From IMG/VR virus record IMGVR_UViG_3300042987_002695, positions 1-25,334 of that record: a DNA stretch of 25,334 nucleotides; one strand, written 5' to 3'. Shown one piece after another: positions 8,796 to 17,900 of this stretch. A program made the position numbers and the translations under genes. The notes beneath the pieces were generated by a model, which saw only the letters and a list, made by a program, of their open reading frames with translations, was not told the origin of the DNA and made no database searches. Within the stretch, counting starts at the first letter, position 1; each line of letters starts with the position of its first letter. The stretch comes from a virus (taxonomy: Duplodnaviria; Caudoviricetes).

Positions 8796-10796
8796 ATGAT
8801 AGACGAATCACTTCTTAAAAGTAATTTTATTGGTAGAGATGGATTTCGTTGGTGGATTGGGCAGATTCCGCCAATTTCTGCTATGGGAGGGCAGGTTGAT
8901 GGAGAAGGTTGGGGAAATAGATTTAAAGTAAGAATCTTAGGTTATCATCCTTATAGTGAAGCAGAACTTCCAAATGAGGATCTTCCTTGGGCACAATGTT
9001 TGATTCCAACTACGGCAGGTAGTGGTGCTGCAAATGTTTCTACAGGAGTGCAATTGCAACCAGGCGATACGGTCTTGGGATTCTTTTTAGATGGTGATAA
9101 TGCTCAAATTCCAGTTATTTTAGCAACATTCGGTAGATCTTTTTCTGTCCCTTCAACAACTTATCAGTCACCATTTGTTCCTTTTACTGGATATTCAAGT
9201 AAAGTAGAAAAAGCAAAAGTTACTACCAATCAAACAAATGAACTAAGACAAGATTCAAATCCATCTCCAGTAAGCGCAACACAAGAGCAAGCAGACGCAA
9301 TATCTCAAAAAGTAGGATATCAAGTATTTTCAGAAAATTCTGCGATTGGAAATAAGATTCCTCTAGCAAACACTACCAAGAATACTAGAATTGATAAAAT
9401 TCAATCGATTGTAAAAAATCTTCTTCGTAAGATAAGAAATCTTCAAGGTGATATTGAAAGAATAAGACAAGTCATTCGTCAAGCAGCAGACAAAATTGTT
9501 ACTCTCTGCAATGATTTGATTGGCGGAATGTTTAACTATTTAATTGATATTTTGATTGGATTGTTAAAACAGGGGTTAGATCTTCTTTACAAATTAGTTT
9601 ATGCAAAAGTATTAGCAGCAACTGGAAATCCAGTAGCAGCACACCTTGCTGGAGTTGCAGCACAAGAGGCAATGGTTTTACCTGTGAAAGCACTTGAAGA
9701 GGCGTTTGGATGTATTGCGGGTGAAGCAATTGAAATTATGAAAGATTTAGTTTATGATATTTTAGATTCAACTATTGGAAATGTGGAACGTTTTGTGAGT
9801 TGTGCGGCAGAACAATTTGCAGGTACACTTCTTAATTCAATTATTGGAGTATTAGAAGGATTGTTTGAAGGACCACTATCTGCAATTCAAAATATACTTC
9901 AATTTTTCTCAGATTTTAATGTTGGTAACTTAATGCGTGAAGCAATTGGAATACTTTCTGAATTTGGGGCAGCATTTGCTTGTAATCAAAGTTTAGATAA
10001 TTATAAAGGTCTTGTAAATGAGTGGACAGTTGGTGGGGGACCATCTGGATCTGTGTCAACATTAGCAACTTCACTAGTTGGTACTTACACTAATATTCGT
10101 GATATTACAAATACTATTAATTCTGGTGTAGAAGCATTAACTGAATGTTTTACTGGTGCATTACAATTTGCAAGTCCTCCAGTAATTAATATTTTTGGAG
10201 GAAGAGGATCTGGTGCAACAGCAATTCCAATTTTTGGAAATCTTGTCACTAATCCAGATGGAAATGTGACTGCAAGTGTTATTGGAGTGCAACTCACAAA
10301 TCCTGGATCTGGTTATACCTTCCCACCATTTATAGAAATTGTAGATGATAATGATCAGGGATACGGTGCAGTAGCAAGATCTATTATCAATTCAAATGGA
10401 GAAGTTGAGTCCATTTATATGGTTTCTGAAGGAGAAAATTATTCAATCGGAAACATTGCAGAATTCTCTGTATTGAAAGTATTAGTAGAAGAGGGTGGAA
10501 GTGGATATGATGATCTTACTACTGTTATCACTGATGATCTTGGAAATGAATACGATTATCAGATTGTTGATGGTCGTATCTATCAAGTTACACCTCTAAA
10601 TAATATTGTAAATAGTCTTCCAAAACTTAGTATAGAATCTGATAATGGGTTTGGTGCAATATTGCGTCCTGTTGTAGGTGCTCTCAAGAGCACCGGTGCT
10701 CTCAAGGAGTCTGGAAATATACCTGCTTCACCAGATGCAACTTCAGCAAATCTATTCTCACAAGAAGTTCAAGTATCCATAGATTGTCCAACATAA
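8796..10796 (+). CDS. gp5: Baseplate hub/spike gp5 N-terminal (OB-fold) protein
   Basis: F.WW.G, R.KVRI.GYH.......DLPWA, and G..V.GFFLDG..AQ.P.I motifs. C-terminal NPGSGY/GGSGY beta modules. No recognisable T4-lysozyme domain. Confidence 0.85.
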   Translation: MIDESLLKSNFIGRDGFRWWIGQIPPISAMGGQVDGEGWGNRFKVRILGYHPYSEAELPNEDLPWAQCLIPTTAGSGAANVSTGVQLQPGDTVLGFFLDGDNAQIPVILATFGRSFSVPSTTYQSPFVPFTGYSSKVEKAKVTTNQTNELRQDSNPSPVSATQEQADAISQKVGYQVFSENSAIGNKIPLANTTKNTRIDKIQSIVKNLLRKIRNLQGDIERIRQVIRQAADKIVTLCNDLIGGMFNYLIDILIGLLKQGLDLLYKLVYAKVLAATGNPVAAHLAGVAAQEAMVLPVKALEEAFGCIAGEAIEIMKDLVYDILDSTIGNVERFVSCAAEQFAGTLLNSIIGVLEGLFEGPLSAIQNILQFFSDFNVGNLMREAIGILSEFGAAFACNQSLDNYKGLVNEWTVGGGPSGSVSTLATSLVGTYTNIRDITNTINSGVEALTECFTGALQFASPPVINIFGGRGSGATAIPIFGNLVTNPDGNVTASVIGVQLTNPGSGYTFPPFIEIVDDNDQGYGAVARSIINSNGEVESIYMVSEGENYSIGNIAEFSVLKVLVEEGGSGYDDLTTVITDDLGNEYDYQIVDGRIYQVTPLNNIVNSLPKLSIESDNGFGAILRPVVGALKSTGALKESGNIPASPDATSANLFSQEVQVSIDCPT

Positions 10797-10797
10797 A

Positions 10798-11373
10798 ATG
10801 GCAGAAAGAAACAAAAATATCTACAAAAGGCAGTTAATTAGTTTCAACCCAAACTTTAGGATTGACACTGCAAATCCTCAGATGGGTTTGAGTGGTACTG
10901 ATGTTTATAAAATTTATGGTGTAACCGATAATGGAGATAATCAATCTTCAATTAGTTTGAGTAGTGGTGGTTTATTTTCTGTTTATAATGACCATACTAT
11001 TCAGATTTCTGGAGGATCTAAAAATGAGGAAGGAAGAGAAGATGTAGTCATTATTGGAAACAATGGAAATGTTTCTATTTCTGCAAATGGAATGATTCGT
11101 TTGTATGCAACTAATATTATGGTTGAATCAGAAGAAGATATTCACTTTAAGGCAGGTAGAAATGTTATAATGAAAAGTGGTTCTGGGCGCATTCTAATTG
11201 ATGGTGAAAAGGTAGATATAAAAGGAACCAGTGGAAACATGCCATCTTTGCTTGGTATTGATTTTACCAAAAGAATTTTTGAAGGAAGTTTTGTTGGTAT
11301 TGACTTTATTGATAAAGTTGTTGGTGGAATCGTTAAAAATGTAGTCAGCACAGTTATTGATTCAGTGTTATGA
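10798..11373 (+). CDS. Spike beta-helix protein (gp5 C-terminal-like)
   Basis: Short beta repeats (GNVSISANGMIRLYATNI..ESEEDIHFKAGRNV...G..I.I.G..VDI). Starts 1 nt after the gp5-N stop. Confidence 0.6.
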   Translation: MAERNKNIYKRQLISFNPNFRIDTANPQMGLSGTDVYKIYGVTDNGDNQSSISLSSGGLFSVYNDHTIQISGGSKNEEGREDVVIIGNNGNVSISANGMIRLYATNIMVESEEDIHFKAGRNVIMKSGSGRILIDGEKVDIKGTSGNMPSLLGIDFTKRIFEGSFVGIDFIDKVVGGIVKNVVSTVIDSVL

Positions 11374-14228
11374 GTAACAATCAGTATTTTGGTTTAGAAA
11401 CTTTTTTTAATGAAGATGTAAAATTTTATAAAGATGTTTACATTTATGGAACCCTTTATTATGATTTTAGAAAAAATAATCTCATAGAATTTAATAATGT
11501 AAAGATAGAAGGATATTTAGAAGTTTTTGGATCATCTAATTTTTATGAAAATGTTTATTTTAATAAGGATATTAGTGCAAGTATAATAACAGCAAGAAAA
11601 AGACTTGATGTTGGTGTAGGTGGTACAACTTTAAGAGCAGATACAGAAACAAGTAGAGTTGGTATTAGAACTTCAATTCCAAAAAAAGAATTAGATGTAG
11701 TTGGAACTGCAATAATTAGTGGAAAGGTTGGAATTGGAAGTACAGAACCAGAACAAAAACTTGATGTAGCAGGAAGTGTTAAAATTGATGAATTTATTTA
11801 TGATTCTGTAAATTCTCCTGGAATAAATGGTTATTACTTAAATATGGATTCCAGTGGAATTCGCTGGATAGCAGGAACTCCAAACTTTACTGAAGGAATA
11901 TATGTACAAGATGAAGGAACATATATTCCAACAGCAGGAATAGCACAATCATTTACTGTTTTAAACTTTAAACAAATTAATAGTTTGGGAATAGGTACTG
12001 ATACAATTATCCCAATTCCAAATTCAAGTAATCCCACTTTCATTGCTGATATACAGTCTAAAGACTTATGGGGATTTAATGGAGGTAATGATATCTATAG
12101 AATGACTAAAGTTGGTATACAGAATAATAATCCAGTAACAACTTTAGACATAACTGGAACTGTTCATGCAACTGGAGCAGTTGATTTTGATTATACATTA
12201 GACGTTGATGGTGCTACTACTTTAAATTCAACATTAGACGTTGATGGTGCCACAACACTTAATAATACTTTAGACGTTGACGGTGCTACAACACTTAATA
12301 ACACTCTAGACGTTGATGGTGCTACTACACTTAGAGATACTTTAAATGTACAAGGTGCTACTGACTTAGATGCAACTTTAAATGTTGATGGTGCTACAAC
12401 ACTTAATAATACTTTAGACGTTGACGGTGCTACTACACTTAGAGATACTTTAAATGTACAAGGTGCTACTGACTTAGATGCAACTTTAAATGTTGATGGT
12501 GCTGCAGTTTTCAATAATACTATTGAACTCAATTCTTCTCTAATTGATATTAATGGAGAAATTGCAGGACCTGGTGTAGGAAAAACTGATTATAGACTTG
12601 CTTCTGTAGGAACTGGTGTATCTTGGAGACCTGCTGGAGTTGAAACACAAAATACAATTTGGGTTACAAAAGATGGTAATGACTCAAATACTGGTTTTCT
12701 TGAGGGAGATGCAAAAGCAACTATAGGTGGTGCAGCGGCAGTAGCAGAACCTGGAGATACGATCGTTATTAGACCCGGTGTTTATACTGAAAATAATCCT
12801 ATTGGTCTTCGCACTGATGTTACAGTAACAGGACAAGATCTGAGACTTGTTACCATTAGACCACTAAATGTTACTAAAGATGTTTTTCATGTTAGAAGAG
12901 GATGTCTAATTGAAAATATAAACTTTGCCGGAACTAGTGTTTTAGTAAATCATCCGGGTTGTGGTGCTGTAGCATTCCCCTCAACTAATCCTGCAGATTA
13001 TGCTGTTTCTGGATATATTGCCCCAGGACCAGCAACTGAAGGACCAAGTGGTAGATGGAGAAGTCCATATATCAGAAACTGCACTAACTTTATGACTGGC
13101 AGTATTGGTATGAAAATTAATGGCGATCATGCGACTGCCTCTACACCAGGTAATGATTTGAAGTGTATGGTTTGTGATTCATTTACTCAATACAATGAAA
13201 ATGGCATTGGCGTTTCAATTACAAATAATGGTTACGCTCAGTTAGTTTCTATCTTTACAATTAACTGTGACATTGGAATTTATTGTGATAGTGGTGGATC
13301 TTGTGACTTAACAAACTCAAACTCTTCTTTTGGTAATTATGGTTTATATGCTGTTGGAATTGGATCCACAGAATTTACAGGAACCGTAGGTACTTATCCT
13401 CCGAATAGAGGTCAAACTGGTGTTGATGCTGGTAGTGATATTGTTACTTTCGAAAATGTAGGAAACTCAAGAAGACCTTACGATGGTCAAACATTATTTT
13501 TCAAGATAGATTTGGAAAATTATCCAGATGCTGTTGGTAGTGGTATAATTTCAGAACCTATGGTCGATATTCAAGAAATAGTAGTCACAAATGGAGGAAG
13601 TGGATATAGTCCTGCTTCTCCACCAACTGTTATTATTCGTGATAGTTCTGATAATTCTCAACAACCAAAGGGTCCACAAGGTATTATCGCCGAACTAAGT
13701 CCAACTATTGATGAAGTAAGTGGTGCAATTGCAGCAATTGATGTTGTAAATAGTGGAAGAAACTATCTTTCAACGCAAAATCTTGAAGTTTTTATTGATG
13801 GTGGAAGTGCAACTGCAGAGGTAATCACAAAACCAATTTATTATGCAGTCGATTCAGCAACAGAAAATTCTGCAGGAATTACAACAGTTACGTTCACTGA
13901 ATTCATTCCATATGAGTTATTTGGTGGAGAAGAAGTCTCATTCAGAAGAATCAGCAGAATTCTTACCAGTTCACACTCATTTGAATATATTGGTACTGGT
14001 ACTGACATAAATACAGCGACACCATTTACTGGTGGTGTTCCTATTAAAGCAAATGAAATTGTTGCTTTAGATGGAGCACAAATTCCATTTACAAGTACGG
14101 ATCAAAAAGGTAATTTTGATATTGGAGAAGGATTTCAAATTAATCAGCCTACCGCTACTATTAGAGGAAGAGATTTCAGTAAAGCGATTCAAGCAGAAGT
14201 TACACCACTCATACTTGCATTGAGGTAA
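11370..14228 (+). CDS. Tail fibre / virion structural protein with 12-aa repeats and beta-helix domain
   Basis: VGIG...P...LDV.G motifs, LDVDGATTLNNT repeats, and WVTKDGNDSNTG...A.ATI..A.....PGD.I.I.PG.Y.E (pectin-lyase-like entry motif). Also SPYIRNCT, DSFTQYN and STDQ.GNF.IG. Confidence 0.75.
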   Translation: MSNNQYFGLETFFNEDVKFYKDVYIYGTLYYDFRKNNLIEFNNVKIEGYLEVFGSSNFYENVYFNKDISASIITARKRLDVGVGGTTLRADTETSRVGIRTSIPKKELDVVGTAIISGKVGIGSTEPEQKLDVAGSVKIDEFIYDSVNSPGINGYYLNMDSSGIRWIAGTPNFTEGIYVQDEGTYIPTAGIAQSFTVLNFKQINSLGIGTDTIIPIPNSSNPTFIADIQSKDLWGFNGGNDIYRMTKVGIQNNNPVTTLDITGTVHATGAVDFDYTLDVDGATTLNSTLDVDGATTLNNTLDVDGATTLNNTLDVDGATTLRDTLNVQGATDLDATLNVDGATTLNNTLDVDGATTLRDTLNVQGATDLDATLNVDGAAVFNNTIELNSSLIDINGEIAGPGVGKTDYRLASVGTGVSWRPAGVETQNTIWVTKDGNDSNTGFLEGDAKATIGGAAAVAEPGDTIVIRPGVYTENNPIGLRTDVTVTGQDLRLVTIRPLNVTKDVFHVRRGCLIENINFAGTSVLVNHPGCGAVAFPSTNPADYAVSGYIAPGPATEGPSGRWRSPYIRNCTNFMTGSIGMKINGDHATASTPGNDLKCMVCDSFTQYNENGIGVSITNNGYAQLVSIFTINCDIGIYCDSGGSCDLTNSNSSFGNYGLYAVGIGSTEFTGTVGTYPPNRGQTGVDAGSDIVTFENVGNSRRPYDGQTLFFKIDLENYPDAVGSGIISEPMVDIQEIVVTNGGSGYSPASPPTVIIRDSSDNSQQPKGPQGIIAELSPTIDEVSGAIAAIDVVNSGRNYLSTQNLEVFIDGGSATAEVITKPIYYAVDSATENSAGITTVTFTEFIPYELFGGEEVSFRRISRILTSSHSFEYIGTGTDINTATPFTGGVPIKANEIVALDGAQIPFTSTDQKGNFDIGEGFQINQPTATIRGRDFSKAIQAEVTPLILALR
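12198..12503 (+). repeat. 36-bp tandem repeat (~8.5 units of L[DN]V[DQ]GATTL..T) with a 108-bp higher-order duplication
   Basis: Units visible in DNA and protein. The block at ~12309-12394 recurs almost exactly at ~12417-12502. Confidence 0.9.
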
Positions 14229-14231
14229 AAA

Positions 14232-14906
14232 ATGGCAGTAGCACCACTTAATAAATTTTTGACAATTGCAGTTCCTGTTGCTCCAGGAGAGCAAACTGTA
14301 TATACCGCACCTACTGGCGTATCTGCTATCGTTTTGTATGCTCAAGTATCTAATGTTGGAATTGGTAATACATATCCAACAGTCACTTTCACACATAGAA
14401 GAAAAAGTACATCACAGAGAACTTTTGGTAATACAAGAAACAATAGAATCATAAAAGACGCTGAAATTCCACCAAACGATGCTATTGTACTTGTAGATGG
14501 TAGATTGGTATTAGAAAGAACTGCCGTTGTTACAGATTCTATTGTCATTGAAGGAACTCAATCTGGAATCGTTTCAGTAACTAATTGTTTATATAATAAC
14601 ACTACAGGAGTCACAACAGTTACCACCATTAGCGCCCATAACTTCAATATTGGTGATGAAGTTACAATGAGTGGTTTGGCATTTACATGTGCTCCTGGAA
14701 ATTATGGAATTACCACTACAATTTTCCCATCCCCACAACAATCTTTCACTATAGATTCAATCATTGGAGATGTGGGAACCTCTAAAACCTTTGTAACTAA
14801 TTCAGGAACAGTCACTGGAATCGCACATACATACGTTAGTGGTGGTTTGGTAGGACCACTTCAAATGGAATTTATCTGCAGTATTCTAGAAAATAGTACC
14901 ACATAA
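14232..14906 (+). CDS. Virion structural protein (fibre-associated)
   Basis: YTAP.GV..IVL.AQ..N and IPPND motifs, plus a Y...TG..T.T....H.F..GD.V...GL.FTC module. Lies between fibre genes. Confidence 0.6.
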   Translation: MAVAPLNKFLTIAVPVAPGEQTVYTAPTGVSAIVLYAQVSNVGIGNTYPTVTFTHRRKSTSQRTFGNTRNNRIIKDAEIPPNDAIVLVDGRLVLERTAVVTDSIVIEGTQSGIVSVTNCLYNNTTGVTTVTTISAHNFNIGDEVTMSGLAFTCAPGNYGITTTIFPSPQQSFTIDSIIGDVGTSKTFVTNSGTVTGIAHTYVSGGLVGPLQMEFICSILENSTT

Positions 14907-14908
14907 TT

Positions 14909-17900
14909 ATGCCAAAGTATCTTTCTGGGCGTTCTAAATTAACTCCCCAATCCGAGTTACAATCAGATAGATATAGATACTTATCTATTGAAAATGCAGA
15001 ACCAAATCTTGGAGATCCAGTAGTTGGACCTTCTTCTGTAGTAGCAAAACCTGTACCTCCAGGTCAACAATTCATTGTGGTTTCTGTTGAAGGAAGTCCT
15101 TCTGGTGAGAGATATTGGATTCCTAACCAAGGTGGAATCATACCAGGTTCAATCAGCGTTTTCGATGAAGGAAGTCTTGTTGGAACATTAAGTAGCATAA
15201 CTCAACTTAATTTTGTTGGAGCGGCAGTATCAGCATCAGTTTCAATAGCATCTAGTAATCTTGCTACAATTAGAGTATTTTCTCCAGGAAATAATCAAGA
15301 AATTTTATTTAATACTGCCAATGAATTTTCAACATCTTCAAAATTAAAGTTCGACTCTTCTATAGGTCTTTTATCTGCTGGGGATAGAATCAATGTCGGT
15401 GCTGGTGGAAAGGTAATTACAACAACCGGTATTGGTTCTGTTGGAATTGGAACCACAGATCCAACACAAGAACTTCATCTTCAAGGTGATTTGAGACTTA
15501 CGGGTACAATTTATGATTATAATAATCAACCTGGAACTAGTACTCAAATTATAACAAAAAATAATTTTGGTGGATTATCTTGGGTAAATCAAAATACAAT
15601 TAGGGCAGGTGCTGGTGGTACATATCAAAACGTTCAGTTTCATAATAATGCTGGATTAGTTGATGGTGCTTCCAACTTTGTATATGATGACGTTAATAGT
15701 AGAGTTGGAATTGGAAGTACACAACCAAAAGTTTTATTAGATGTTTTAGGAATATCATCCTTCAGGGGTGGTACAACCATTGATAATCTTAATATAACTG
15801 GTTTTACGACAACTTCAACTCTTGCAGTATCTGGAACTTCAACAACTCGCAACCTTTTAGTTACTGGTGTCAGTACAATTGGATTCGTAACAGGAACAAG
15901 TGCGTTTTTTACAGGAGTTGTAACTGCTTCTAAGTTTGTTGGAGGAGTTGATGTATCTCAACTTTATGTAACTGGTGTATCAACATTTTTACAAAAAGTA
16001 AATATTAATAGTGATTTAGGTGTAACTGGTCTTACAACAACTCAAAATCTTCAAGTTTATCAGTCAACAACTCTAAATCGCTTAAATGTATCTGGCGTTT
16101 CAACATTTACTTCTCAAGTTAATGTTAATAACTTAAATGTTACTGGCGTAGGAACTTTTGATAATATTAAGTTAGATACTAATACAGTTAGCACGAACAT
16201 TGGAAATCTTATTATTGATTCTAGTGCAGGAACCACTCAAATTAATGATGCGGTTTATGTTAATGATGCAACAGAATCTACAAGTAAGGATACTGGATCC
16301 ATTATCACTGAGGGTGGAGTTGGAATTGAAAAGAGATTAAATGTTGGAGGGCAAGTCAGTTTAGCGACTGCTGGTGGAATCACTACAACTGGTGGTGACT
16401 TGTATGTTGGTGGAGATTTATACGTTCTTGATGATATTTTTTATGATGAACTTTTTGCTAGAAATGGATATTTTACTGGATTAACTTCTACAAAAGATTT
16501 ACTTGTTACTGGAATTGCAACAATTGCAACACTAGGAGTTTCTGGACTTACAACTACCAGAAATTTAAGAGTAATTGGTGTTAGTACATTTGATGGATTA
16601 CTTGACGCTAATGCTGGAGCGACAATTGATAATATTCAAATTGGTGTTTCTGGTGATAATGAAATTGATACTTCAACAGGAAATCTAATAATTGATTCTT
16701 TTGCCGGAACTACTACAATTGATGATCAATTGGTTGTTTCTGGTGTTTCAACATTTAATGCTAATGTAACTTTTGGTGATGCCACTTCCGATACAGTATC
16801 GTTTACATCAAGAGTAGGAACTGGTATAACTCCCTCTGTAACAGATACTTATGATTTAGGTTCATCTACTTTAAGATGGAACAACATTTATGCTAAGACT
16901 TTTGTAGGTGCTGTTGTTGGAAACGCTGATTCAGCATCTCAAGTATCTTCAGGTACAACCACTGGTACTTCATCTTATTTCCTAACTTTTGTAGATTCCA
17001 ACAATGTAACTAGATCTAATGAATTTTTATATACTGACGCTGGCGTAACTTATAACCCATCAACAGATATACTTACTCCAACTAATTTAAGAGTATCTGG
17101 AATTTCAACATTTGAGGGTAATTCAACATTTAATGCTAATGTAACTTTTGGTGATGCCACTTCCGATACAGTATCGTTTACATCAAGAGTAGGAACTGGT
17201 ATAACTCCCTCTGTAACAGATACTTATGATTTAGGTTCATCTACTTTAAGATGGAACAACATTTATGCTAAGACTTTTGTAGGTAGTATTACCGGAAATG
17301 CTGATACGGCAACTAAGTTATTAAATGCTAGAGATTTTAGTATTAATGGAAATAACAACACAAGTATTAACGCTGGTGATGTTACTGCATCAGCAGTATC
17401 ATTTGATGGAACTGCAAATGTTATACTAAGAGGTTCTTTAAAAAATATTATAGGATTATCATCAGGAACTTATGGAAATTCAATAACTGTTCCTGTCGTT
17501 AGTGTCAATTCTCAAGGTATTGTAACTAGTATTACTTCCGTTGGTGTTAATTTTTCAACAGCAACCGTTGCTAATTCAGATAAAGTTGCTACTGTAACTA
17601 GAAGCACTAATGCAACTCACTATCTAACTTTTGTAGATTCTGATAATAATCCGTTTGATTATGAAAGTGTTTATACTGATGCTGGTGTAACTTATAATCC
17701 TTCAACAAATTTATTAACATCGGGTAATTTATTAGTATCTGGAATTACAACATTCCAAGGAAATGTAACTATAGGCGATGCCAGTTCTGATAAAGTTTCT
17801 TTTGCAGCAACAGTAGATAGTAATATTATCCCTAGTGGTACTACTAGAGATTTAGGTTCTCCTAGCAATAAATGGAATAATGTTTATGCAAATAACTTTG

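Noticed and set aside
12198-12503. CRISPR-like 36-bp periodicity
   Set aside because: Units are contiguous coding repeats with third-position variation and no unique spacers. No cas genes.
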